DNA of 53,688 bases from Patescibacteria group bacterium (GTDB lineage: Bacteria; Patescibacteriota; Minisyncoccia; Phycocordibacterales; JACZSL01). Below are positions 9,247-18,073 of the stretch, one piece after another; position 1 is the stretch's first letter, and every line of letters begins with the position of its first letter. Both the position numbers and the translations under genes were made by a program. The stretch spans positions 1 to 53,688 of the forward strand of contig JACZSL010000004.1 of assembly GCA_022574205.1 (NCBI GenBank), read 5' to 3'. The notes beneath the pieces are model-generated. The model saw nothing but the letters and a program-made list of their open reading frames with translations. It did not search any database and was not told where the DNA came from.

Positions 9247-10569
9247 ATGAAATTCCGCACTAATATTGCTCTTATTTTTGCACTCACATCACTAGTGTGG
9301 CCTAGCGCTTTGATTGCCGAGACGCGCAATATTGTGTTCCCCGTTGCCGGAAAATCGACTTTTCGGAATGATTTTCGTGAACCACGAGATGGTGGCGCAC
9401 GGGAGCATCTTGGGAACGACATTATCGCTGCTAAAATGACACCACTGGTTTCTACAGTCGATGGTGTTGTGAGCTATGTAGTACGACCAGAGGCCGTGTG
9501 GGGGTATTCGATCACCATAAACGACACGGACGGATATCAATATAGATATTTACATTTGAACAACGACTCTCCTGGGACAGACGATGGCAAGGGGGGCGAG
9601 GCGAATGCGTATGCCCCTGGTATGAAAAGAGGAACCGAAGTGAAGGCAGGACAGGTCATAGGTTTCGTTGGAGATAGCGGGAATGCAGAAAATACCGTGC
9701 CGCATCTTCACTTTGAGATTCGTGCGCCATCAAGAGTTCCAATAAATCCCTATGACAGTTTAGTTGCGTCTGCACCTCCAGGAAGTATACAAGTCACGGG
9801 AGTTGGTGTGTCTCACAAAAGTTCCGGTGAAGCAGGTGTAGCAGAGGCGGGGTTTGTATTTGTTACCGAACTTAAAGAAGAAATGCGGGGAACCGCAATT
9901 CGCGAGCTCCAGTCACGTCTCAAGAATGAGGGGCATTTTACATTTTATCTCACCAAATATTTTGGACCAATAACAAAAACAGCTTTAAAAAAATATCAGC
10001 GGGCCAATCACATAGCACCAACTGGCGTGCTGGGGTTTGAAACTCGAGCACTCCTAAACAACGAGCTGCCTCTGGGCGGAGGGAAACTACGTCTCGAGGA
10101 GGAGTTGTTTGAAGGAATGAAAGGAGAAGCAGTACAGCAGGTACAGTTGAAGCTTGAAGCGCTAGGACACTACAGTGGGCCGATTACGGGTAGCTACGAC
10201 GACATTATGCGCGAGGCAGTACGCCGCTTTCAAGTTGCAAAAGGCGTTACACCCTCTGGGCATGTAAGTTTTAATACGTGGAATAAGTTGAATGAAGCAT
10301 ACTCGCTAGTCCCAATTCCACAAGTCGGTGGTGAACTTCCACCAGCATATGCTTTTACTCGAGCACTATCGATAGGCTCCATAGGCGAGGAAGTTAAGAT
10401 GCTACAGAAAGAACTCCAGGGGCTGGGCTTTTTTAGTGCGTCGGTATCTTTAACTGAATATTTTGGTCCTATCACTCACGCCGCTGTGGCAGAGTTTCAA
10501 GCGATAAACGGGATTGAGTCTATAGGTATCGTAGGCCCAAAGACCAGAGCGGCCTTAAACGCACTATAA
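9247..10569 (+). CDS. Secreted M23 peptidase with three peptidoglycan-binding domains
   Basis: Signal peptide, HLGND, YLHL, GDSGNA, HLHFE; three (F/Y)G..T..A...Q PG-binding repeats. Confidence 0.88.
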   Translation: MKFRTNIALIFALTSLVWPSALIAETRNIVFPVAGKSTFRNDFREPRDGGAREHLGNDIIAAKMTPLVSTVDGVVSYVVRPEAVWGYSITINDTDGYQYRYLHLNNDSPGTDDGKGGEANAYAPGMKRGTEVKAGQVIGFVGDSGNAENTVPHLHFEIRAPSRVPINPYDSLVASAPPGSIQVTGVGVSHKSSGEAGVAEAGFVFVTELKEEMRGTAIRELQSRLKNEGHFTFYLTKYFGPITKTALKKYQRANHIAPTGVLGFETRALLNNELPLGGGKLRLEEELFEGMKGEAVQQVQLKLEALGHYSGPITGSYDDIMREAVRRFQVAKGVTPSGHVSFNTWNKLNEAYSLVPIPQVGGELPPAYAFTRALSIGSIGEEVKMLQKELQGLGFFSASVSLTEYFGPITHAAVAEFQAINGIESIGIVGPKTRAALNAL

Positions 10570-10640
10570 TCAACAAGATATAAAATTCCTTAGTTTTTGC
10601 TATACTAAATGCATATTAAACAAAATAACTAATCATATTT

Positions 10641-10946
10641 ATGTCAGAAAATAAAAGAATAAATGATCGCGTCATGTGGATTATTGTCGCGCTGCTCAGT
10701 TTTATTTTAATTGTCCTAGTCTTTAAGGCTGGAGTATTAGTGGGAGGTGGAAAGTCACATTTCTCTTCGCACAGGTCCAGTGGTTATAGTAAGAGTATTG
10801 GCGGAGATCATTTTTTTGGATCAAAAAAGTCTATGATGGTGGATAGGAAAGCAATGTTTGAAGCATTCCAGAAAGAAGCTCAAGCCAGTGGTATGACTAT
10901 CGAAGAATACAAAAAATCCCTACTTGACCAAAAAACAGCTAATTAA
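10641..10946 (+). CDS. Hypothetical membrane-anchored protein
   Basis: ORF with single N-terminal TM. Confidence 0.6.
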   Translation: MSENKRINDRVMWIIVALLSFILIVLVFKAGVLVGGGKSHFSSHRSSGYSKSIGGDHFFGSKKSMMVDRKAMFEAFQKEAQASGMTIEEYKKSLLDQKTAN

Positions 10947-11030
10947 CTAAACAAGCTGTATAGCGACATTGTTTTGTAACGCAAGGCACGCACGCAAGGC
11001 ACGCACGTCAGGACGTGCGTTTTGGTACCA

Positions 11031-11513
11031 CTATTTTTTCTGTGAAGCTAATTTTTCTGGAGAAGGCTTCCCGTTTTCGACGTAATACTTAAGGTCGTCC
11101 AATATTTGATCTATGACTTTGTTTAATTGCATTTTAATCATTGGAGACATTAATGTTCCGATGAAAGTTAGTTCAATCTGAGGAGTTATCATAACCGTCG
11201 TCGTATTTTCGTCTACTTGCGTCAATTCGTTTGTACTTATGAGACTTTTAAACATTTTGGAGTCAAAGATGCCCTTAAAGCTAAGACTCATTTTGTCATC
11301 GTCATAAGCAGTAAATTCTTCTGATACATCTCCGAAGCTCGTGTTGCATACACGACCTCCAACAGGGGAGTTGTTCACGCGAGCAGCCTCGGTGTTAGGA
11401 GCAGAATGAGCTACGGACCTGGACCAGACACCAATATTTGCGAAATCACGACCTAAAACATCCCACACTTTTTGGGCCGGTGCATTTATGGTAACTTGTT
11501 TTGAAAATTTCAT
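11031..11513 (-). CDS. SRPBCC (polyketide cyclase/dehydrase-like) protein
   Basis: I.APA.KVW.VL, C-terminal LKYYVE.G.P. Confidence 0.8.
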   Translation of the reverse strand: MKFSKQVTINAPAQKVWDVLGRDFANIGVWSRSVAHSAPNTEAARVNNSPVGGRVCNTSFGDVSEEFTAYDDDKMSLSFKGIFDSKMFKSLISTNELTQVDENTTTVMITPQIELTFIGTLMSPMIKMQLNKVIDQILDDLKYYVENGKPSPEKLASQKK

Positions 11514-11593
11514 AGCGATCAGTATACTATTAAACCCATGTCCACATCATGTCAAAGACGGTGTTGGACAAGCACGCACACGTGTGCAAACAC

Positions 11594-12229
11594 TTATAAT
11601 CGCTTCACCGCCTCAAGAGGATTCTCTGATTGAGTAATTGGTCTACCAATTACTAAATAATCTGCCCCAGCAGATATAGCTTCTTTTGGTGTTGTGGTGC
11701 GAATTTGATCATCTGCTTCCGCATACCACGAAGGTCGTATTGCAGGAACAATCTTTAGCTTAGATTTCATTTCCGGAATTTTGCTAATAACTTGTAATTC
11801 GTGACTAGAGCACACTATTCCATCCACCCCGGCCTCCAACGCCTCCTCAGCAAGTCGCAGCACTTTCTTTTCCGCGTTTAAGGATCTCAATGAGGTAAGA
11901 ACAGTAACTGCAATAATTTTGCTATCTCCGGCTTTTTCCTTTGCCGCCTTCATCATATCGATTCCTCCAGAGGCGTGAACTGTAATCATATCAACTCCCT
12001 TGAGGGATAGACGACGAACTGTATTCGAAACAGTATTGGGAATATCATGAAGTTTTACATCAACAAAGACACGGCCAAGCTTCTTTAGCTGATCAATAAT
12101 TGAAAGATTCTCATATAAAATATCATTAACCTTAAATCCCCACACATATTCTTTGAGTGAGTTAGCAATCTCCAGCAACTTCTCTGTGGTAATTCCATCA
12201 AGAGCAACGATAATTTTATTACTTAGCAT
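11594..12229 (-). CDS. pyrF: Orotidine-5'-phosphate decarboxylase
   Basis: DVKLHDIPNTV, TVH..GG..M, VTVLTS, DDQ.R, GRPI; start reassigned to MLSNKII. Confidence 0.92.
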   Translation of the reverse strand: MLSNKIIVALDGITTEKLLEIANSLKEYVWGFKVNDILYENLSIIDQLKKLGRVFVDVKLHDIPNTVSNTVRRLSLKGVDMITVHASGGIDMMKAAKEKAGDSKIIAVTVLTSLRSLNAEKKVLRLAEEALEAGVDGIVCSSHELQVISKIPEMKSKLKIVPAIRPSWYAEADDQIRTTTPKEAISAGADYLVIGRPITQSENPLEAVKRL

Positions 12230-12496
12230 AATATTGTAATTATACCACTTGGTAGTGTAGAGATCTCCAACATACCTGCACGCCACAGGCAGGGTCGGAC
12301 AAGTGAAGTTTGGACTAGAGCAAGCTATTAAGGGACTGGCTTTGCCAACATGACATTGGTGGACCTTGACACCAGAATCAAGTTATGGCAAGATAGCACT
12401 AATCAAATCAGGTCTGTTCTGTAAGGGGAACGAAGTCGCGTTTTATCGTGCAGGATTCTGTGTTTGACTGTTTATTCACATAGTTTTTCTTACACG

Positions 12497-12697
12497 ATGA
12501 AAGAAGGAACAATCGCTCGTCTAACAGACCGAGGATTCGGATTCATCTCTCAGGAGGGCGAGGAAAAAGATCTCTTTTTCCACTCAAACGAACTTCAGGG
12601 AGTTGAGTACAGTGATCTTCGCGAAGGTGACAAAGTCACTTTCGAGGTAGGTGAGGGTCCAAAAGGCCCTAACGCCACAAACGTAAAACGAGTATAA
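12497..12697 (+). CDS. cspA: Cold-shock protein
   Basis: RGFGFI, DLFFH, GPKGPNA; ATG 12497. Confidence 0.92.
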   Translation: MKEGTIARLTDRGFGFISQEGEEKDLFFHSNELQGVEYSDLREGDKVTFEVGEGPKGPNATNVKRV

Positions 12698-12703
12698 ACG
12701 TTT

Positions 12704-12736
12704 CAAGAACCCCCGCTTCGCGGGGGTTCTTGCTTT
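12704..12736 (+). terminator. Intrinsic terminator after csp
   Basis: caagaacccccgc-ttc-gcgggggttcttg-cttt. Confidence 0.8.
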
Positions 12737-12785
12737 ATATATAGAAATTTATTTCTATATCAGCAAATAGTGTATAATCATATCC

Positions 12786-12905
12786 ATGGCAAAACGAAGT
12801 ACAGGAGTGGGAAAGATGAGAACATCGCGCTCTAAAAAAACAAAAAAACGACTAGCAATAAAGCGTGAAATGCTGGCAAAAAAAGCCAGTAAACGACGCA
12901 AATAG
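12786..12905 (+). CDS. Unannotated 39-aa highly basic protein MAKRSTGVGKMRTSRSKKTKKRLAIKREMLAKKASKRRK
   Basis: Open frame ATG-TAG; TATAAT at 12773-12778 lies 7 nt before the ATG (leaderless geometry). Confidence 0.65.
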   Translation: MAKRSTGVGKMRTSRSKKTKKRLAIKREMLAKKASKRRK

Positions 12906-12907
12906 AT

Positions 12908-14722
12908 CTATTGTATTTGTAGAGAAACCGACGGCAGATAAATGCCTAGTCGTTCGCGTTTCCATATAGAACCATCAACACTGCGTTCGTCTCTGTTGGT
13001 AAATTTGTAATCATAGAGTATCGCACGTACAAATGTTGGTGGCTTTTCGGTAAGTTCATTTGTCACAAGGAGCGAAAGCACAGGCTCTGACCCCTCGAGA
13101 AGACGTGTCGCAAGATTAACGATCCATGGAGCATTCTGATAGTTTCCTCTCAGCCCCGCAAACCACATTTGCCAGTCAAGACGTGGTTGATGTGGTGCCA
13201 CAATAGGAAGTGGGCGATCGAGAGCACCTGCTTTGTACTTAAACTCATACGCAATCCATTCCTCTCCATCATATGAGCCTTCGATAATAATCTCGGGCCG
13301 ACTCGTCGTCATATGTGTAAAAAGTCCATAAGTGTTTGAAATGTGAAAAGGTGCAATGACTCTTGCTATAGCGCGCCCGGAAGGAGACATTACTCCCGTA
13401 TATTTTTCAACAATTTGGGCAATACCCACAAATACCAGTAAGAACGACATAACGCCAATCACTAAATGGCCAAAAATAGATAATACTTTTTCCTTCCTCT
13501 CTAGAATATAATTGCGCACTCTACGAGGTAGCACATATCGTATAAATCGAATTGCCCGATCGTCAAACAAAAGAAGTATTAGTGCGATCGTCAGTAGATT
13601 GAAGAAGTTATAATTTCCAGTCAGCAATATAAGCACCTCAAGAAAGACGAATACATACCCCGCGAAATGTCGAAGTCGACGGGGCGCGAAAATGAAGAAA
13701 GGGATTATAAGCTGACTTATAAAAATAAATACTACTCCTATTTCATGAAACCAAACAGGCAACTGATGCGCATACCAGGCAAGCGGCATTGGAAGAGGCT
13801 GTGTCTCATAGTGATAGATAAGTGCAGTAAAGTTTTGCCATGTTGGCCCACCACTGAAAAATTTGCCAATTCCCGAGAGGATCACAAATTTAAATAGGAG
13901 GAAACGGAAGAGCCAAATAACGCTTGTGGCAAATGAAAAAAGAATTGCCAAAAATCCAATTTCAAGAAGGAACGCGTCCCACTGGTAGGACATAAAAAGT
14001 TGACCAGCAGAAACCAGCGAAAGATAAACTATAAAAAGCACGACAAGGTTTGTGCGCTCGAAGACACCTATAAGAAGAAGAATTGAGCTTATTAAGCCAA
14101 CAATAAAAACAAGGTTAAGAAACACATTACTTGCAGAGATCCAAAACAGGCTTGGAAGAAGTAAATATCCACCCGTACCAACCCGCTCTAACACTGTATC
14201 GAAAAATTGCTGCGCGGGAAGAATACCCTCCGAGCCAATGAGTCCCGCCATTTGTACGCCAAAGGATAAAATTGCAAGAAAATAAACTAGTCCCAAAAGA
14301 CGAAAAAACACCCATCGCAATGACTTGTACGAAGACGGCGCTAGACGTTTCCCGATAAACAAACGCGTAAACCAATATGCAAGCTCGCGGTTGGATGCTA
14401 CGAATCGATATCCTATTTCAGAAAAAAAGTTAAACCCAGGAACATGCTTATATAGCCACAAAAGAAATTTATATTGCGGGTTGTACGCAAGAGTGCTAAA
14501 TGTCGCATGAGCGCCGCTGTATATTTCACCTTTGGTCGTAATAAGCTTAACACTGCGTTTAAATTCATTTAGCGGAATATTTGGAAACTCACCAGCAACC
14601 TTCTGGAATGACTCGTAGTGAACCTTATCTCCGGTGACTTTCCTAGAGTAATCAACCCACATAGAGCAGAATCGACACTCACCATCATAAACAAAAAATG
14701 GTTTCCCTTTAGTAGTTTCCAT
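12908..14722 (-). CDS. DCC1-like thiol-disulfide domain fused to lipase maturation factor (LMF1) family
   Basis: YDGECRFC; YQWD..LLE.GF, HYETQPLP, YGLF..MT..RPE, PHQPRLDWQMWF. Confidence 0.88.
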   Translation of the reverse strand: METTKGKPFFVYDGECRFCSMWVDYSRKVTGDKVHYESFQKVAGEFPNIPLNEFKRSVKLITTKGEIYSGAHATFSTLAYNPQYKFLLWLYKHVPGFNFFSEIGYRFVASNRELAYWFTRLFIGKRLAPSSYKSLRWVFFRLLGLVYFLAILSFGVQMAGLIGSEGILPAQQFFDTVLERVGTGGYLLLPSLFWISASNVFLNLVFIVGLISSILLLIGVFERTNLVVLFIVYLSLVSAGQLFMSYQWDAFLLEIGFLAILFSFATSVIWLFRFLLFKFVILSGIGKFFSGGPTWQNFTALIYHYETQPLPMPLAWYAHQLPVWFHEIGVVFIFISQLIIPFFIFAPRRLRHFAGYVFVFLEVLILLTGNYNFFNLLTIALILLLFDDRAIRFIRYVLPRRVRNYILERKEKVLSIFGHLVIGVMSFLLVFVGIAQIVEKYTGVMSPSGRAIARVIAPFHISNTYGLFTHMTTSRPEIIIEGSYDGEEWIAYEFKYKAGALDRPLPIVAPHQPRLDWQMWFAGLRGNYQNAPWIVNLATRLLEGSEPVLSLLVTNELTEKPPTFVRAILYDYKFTNRDERSVDGSIWKRERLGIYLPSVSLQIQ

Positions 14723-14886
14723 AATGAGTATTATACAAAGTAATACACTCGATTGTGTAGGGATTAATGCAGACAAGCTGTTCGCAGTGCGTATTTGGTA
14801 TTGACATAATTGTGTTGTGAGAGCATTATATTTCTTAGATTTTCAGTTTTTTACACCATATCACATCACAACACGGGGACGGGGAA

Positions 14887-15855
14887 ATGAGAGCACTAAC
14901 TTACGACGAAATGGAAGCGAAATTTATTAAAAAACATCCAAATCATCGGCATTCTGACGGAGGTAAGCTGTGTTTCGAGGGGGTTTGGAAAGGTGCGGCG
15001 CCACACAACCCGTCTGCACCAGTATGGCTCCAGGTAAGGCCAGAGGAAAAAGAGAGACTTGTTATGGCTGTCAGGTTTGAGCCGACTGAAGAAAAAATGA
15101 CATCTGTGATCCACTTTTGTGAGCAGTCTGATACAGACGAGTCAGTCTGGCATCCGATTCCGTTGGTTCATGCTCGAGCTATAGGCGGCGAAGATCCATT
15201 CATCACAACAATACACGGAGAGATCATTGTAGCGACGAAATATGCTCTTCCTGTGAGCAAAGGGTTTGGGGGTAGCGTGCCTTGTTGCACCGTGCTGTTT
15301 AAGGGAAAGACTCTTACGTCCTTGAAAATGTGCTCGGTTTGGAATGAAGTGAACTGTGCTCGCCCCATTGAATTGCGATCAGGAAAAATAGGTGTCTTCA
15401 CACGAACAAGGAATGAAGTCTCCGGACACTGTGTTCTTGAGTGGCGTGTGGTTGAAAAGATCCAAGATATTTCGCCAGAGGGTTTAGCACGTGTTGATAT
15501 GATAGAACTCAATGTTTTTGCCCCCGGAGAATGGGGTTCAGTAAATGAGCCAAATCTATGCTCTGACGGTACCATTACCGCGATTGGGCACGTTGCTAAG
15601 CATGTTACTAAGGATGATGTGAAGTACGCAATAATTGAGTTGAATTTTGATCCGGAAACCGGAGAACACCATCAGCCTACAATAATTGCGACAAGAGAAT
15701 CCTTTCTAGACGGAAAAGCAAAAAGTAAAAGAGTTTCTAATGTGGCGTATCCAGCAGGAATTCGCTTCATTGATGGAAGAGCTATTCTTTACGCCGGGAC
15801 AAGTGACGCTGAAGTCCAAACCACAGACGTCACAGGGCGCATGGATTTCCACTGA
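14887..15855 (+). CDS. DUF1861/GT108 (MTP-like) beta-propeller protein, divergent
   Basis: EDPF, G.IGVFTR, GEWG..NE, IIATR..F, LYAGTSDAE resemble DUF1861. Confidence 0.6.
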   Translation: MRALTYDEMEAKFIKKHPNHRHSDGGKLCFEGVWKGAAPHNPSAPVWLQVRPEEKERLVMAVRFEPTEEKMTSVIHFCEQSDTDESVWHPIPLVHARAIGGEDPFITTIHGEIIVATKYALPVSKGFGGSVPCCTVLFKGKTLTSLKMCSVWNEVNCARPIELRSGKIGVFTRTRNEVSGHCVLEWRVVEKIQDISPEGLARVDMIELNVFAPGEWGSVNEPNLCSDGTITAIGHVAKHVTKDDVKYAIIELNFDPETGEHHQPTIIATRESFLDGKAKSKRVSNVAYPAGIRFIDGRAILYAGTSDAEVQTTDVTGRMDFH

Positions 15856-15956
15856 AGAATGACCTACCACATTCAGAAATTAAAAAACAATCGCCTGCGC
15901 AGGAGGAGCGGGCGATTTTCTTTTACTTGCAATCAAAAAGGGAATATACTTTAGCT

Positions 15957-16148
15957 ATGGATACAGCGAACTTAACGTGCCCGCACTGTGATCACGTACA
16001 GAAAGTGGGCATCCCACAAACCGGTTGTCTTGCGTTCCACAAATGCGAAAAGTGTGAAAAGCTTATTTCGGTACCAAAGGACAGCAAAAACTGCTGCGTC
16101 ATTTGTGAATACTCTGACAAAAAATGTCCGGTTTCCCATTTAAAGTAG
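15957..16148 (+). CDS. Cys-rich GDCCVxC-like small protein
   Basis: TCPHC...C..FH.CEKC...NCCVICEYS..KCP; TATACT 6 nt upstream. Confidence 0.7.
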   Translation: MDTANLTCPHCDHVQKVGIPQTGCLAFHKCEKCEKLISVPKDSKNCCVICEYSDKKCPVSHLK

Positions 16149-16217
16149 GTTAATACAAATTGGTTGAGAAAAGGGTGTTTACGGTTTTGCGTAAAAAAGT
16201 GAAAAAAACAGACCACC

Positions 16218-16805
16218 ATGAAAAAAGCCTATAGTGTCACTGGAATTGTACTTATCTTAATCATCGGTGCGTTTTTTATTTTACGTGGGGAGGGTGATAT
16301 AATAGAGTCAACTAACATTATGGCAGAGTTATCTTTAACTAGTTCGGCGTTTAGTGTTGGCGAAAGTATTCCAACCGTGTACACATGTGACGGCGACAAC
16401 ACAAGTCCGCCGCTTGAGATCTCTGGAGTGAGTGATAATGCTAAGTCACTCGTGTTGATAATGGATGATCCTGATATTCCAGAAGTTGTGAAGACCTCGC
16501 GTGGTATCGAAAAGTTTGATCATTGGGTGTTGTTTAATCTTCCTACAAACACAACAGCTCTAGCTCCAAATTATAGTGGGGAAGGAGTGTTGGGTATTAA
16601 CTCTGCTGGAGAAGCAAAATATACTGGTCCGTGTCCGCCAACTGAATATGAGCCGACACAGCATCGCTACATTTTCCAACTATATGAACTTGATACCGAA
16701 TTGGACTTAACTTCCAAAGCTACACAAGAGGAAGTTCGTAATGCCATGAGAGGACACATCCTTCAAAAGGTGGAACTTATGGGTTTATATGATCGTAGTA
16801 ATTAG
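16218..16805 (+). CDS. YbhB/YbcL (PEBP) family protein
   Basis: DDPD, FDHWV.FN, Y.GPCPP, HRY.F..Y.LD. Confidence 0.9.
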   Translation: MKKAYSVTGIVLILIIGAFFILRGEGDIIESTNIMAELSLTSSAFSVGESIPTVYTCDGDNTSPPLEISGVSDNAKSLVLIMDDPDIPEVVKTSRGIEKFDHWVLFNLPTNTTALAPNYSGEGVLGINSAGEAKYTGPCPPTEYEPTQHRYIFQLYELDTELDLTSKATQEEVRNAMRGHILQKVELMGLYDRSN

Positions 16806-16846
16806 TATAATCTGTAGAAGTTATTAAACATAAGTAAAAATAATAT

Positions 16847-17101
16847 ATGTTAACAATGTATGTAAAAACCGGGTGCCCATATTGCGCACTTGCAATAGGC
16901 AAGGTCGATGATCTCGGCCTTAAAGTGGAGTATAAAAACATTGCTGATGATGCAGTTGCTGCTGAGTTGGTAGAGCGAGGCGGTAAACGAATGGTACCTT
17001 ATCTTGTCGATGAGGAGCGCAGCGTTGAGATGTATGAATCTAGCGACATTGTTGATTATCTGAACAAAAATTACTCAAGCAAAGATTCAACGGATGGGTA
17101 A
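16847..17101 (+). CDS. Glutaredoxin/GST-N-like protein
   Basis: CPYC, GGK..VP.LVD, MYES..I. Confidence 0.85.
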   Translation: MLTMYVKTGCPYCALAIGKVDDLGLKVEYKNIADDAVAAELVERGGKRMVPYLVDEERSVEMYESSDIVDYLNKNYSSKDSTDG

Positions 17102-17324
17102 AATGCTCATGAAAGTCAAGGTTAAAGCCGGTGCTGGAAGGGAAGTTGTAGAAGAGAAAGACCCCATAACACTACACGTATCGGTAAAGGAGAAGGCAAA
17201 AGGGAACTATGCGAACTTTAGAGTCAGACAGATTATAAGTGAGCACTACAAGATTCCTCTTGAACGTGTCCGGATGATAAAGGGTTTTCAAATACCAAGC
17301 AAAATGTTTGAAATCTTAGACTAA
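17094..17324 (+). CDS. DUF167 (YggU-like) protein
   Basis: VKVK.GA, V.V...A..N.AN, I.G...K. Confidence 0.7.
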   Translation: MGKMLMKVKVKAGAGREVVEEKDPITLHVSVKEKAKGNYANFRVRQIISEHYKIPLERVRMIKGFQIPSKMFEILD

Positions 17325-17328
17325 ACAA

Positions 17329-17706
17329 ATGGACATAAGAATAAAAGCTACAAACACGAACCTTACACAAGGCATAACTGACTATGTAGAAAAACGGTTG
17401 TCGGTTTTTGAGAAATACATTGATCCTCAAGATACAAGCGTTCACTGTTATGTCGAAGTTGGAAGGACTACAAAACATCATAAGCAGGGTGACATACTTC
17501 GAGCAGAGATAAACTTACATATTTCTGGGCAAGATTTTAGATCAGTGTCGGAGACAAGTAGTCTTCACGGCGCCATTGATGAAGCAAAGGATGAAATGGT
17601 CCGTACATTACGCAAGCATAAACAAAAACAATCACAGCAAGTAAAAAGAGGCGGAGCACAAATGAAGAGCTTTCTTAAGAAATCCCCCAAAAGGTTCAGG
17701 AAGTAA
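17329..17706 (+). CDS. raiA: Ribosome hibernation promoting factor (HPF/RaiA)
   Basis: I.IKATN..LT....DYV.KR, HHKQG, AID. Confidence 0.88.
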   Translation: MDIRIKATNTNLTQGITDYVEKRLSVFEKYIDPQDTSVHCYVEVGRTTKHHKQGDILRAEINLHISGQDFRSVSETSSLHGAIDEAKDEMVRTLRKHKQKQSQQVKRGGAQMKSFLKKSPKRFRK

Positions 17707-17781
17707 CAAGACGAGCCTCTAGAAAAATTATAAACCTCTGTTATAATATTCAAACCACTTAGAGTGCCTCCGACCCGCTGT

Positions 17782-17854
17782 CCGCCCATAGCTCAGTTGG
17801 TAGAGCAGCGGCCTCTTAAGCCGACGGTCGTAGGTTCGAATCCTACTGGGCGGA
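17782..17854 (+). tRNA. tRNA-Lys(CTT)
   Basis: Cloverleaf; loop ct-CTT-aa; GTTCGAATCC. Confidence 0.93.
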
Positions 17855-17920
17855 CAGCTGGCCGGAAAAATTATGCCCATAGCGAAAGTGGTGGAGATTA
17901 GCAGTGCTGGGAGCACTTAT

Positions 17921-18005
17921 GCCGGGGTGGTGAAATTGGTAGACACGTGTGGTTTAGGACCACATGCCGCAAGGCGTGGAGGTTCAAGTCCTCTCCCCGG
18001 CACCA
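17921..18005 (+). tRNA. tRNA-Leu(TAG)
   Basis: Cloverleaf with variable arm, tt-TAG-ga, encoded CCA. Confidence 0.95.
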
Positions 18006-18043
18006 CACCAAAAATACCTGACAAAAGTCAGGTATTTTTGGTG
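18005..18043. terminator. Terminator after tRNA-Leu
   Basis: acaccaaaaatacctgac-aaaa-gtcaggtatttttggtgt. Confidence 0.75.
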
Positions 18044-18073
18044 TCTCTCTTCAGGGGTTTGAAGGGCAGAGTT

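Noticed and set aside
15957-16148. Selenoprotein
   Set aside because: No in-frame TGA; all positions are Cys.
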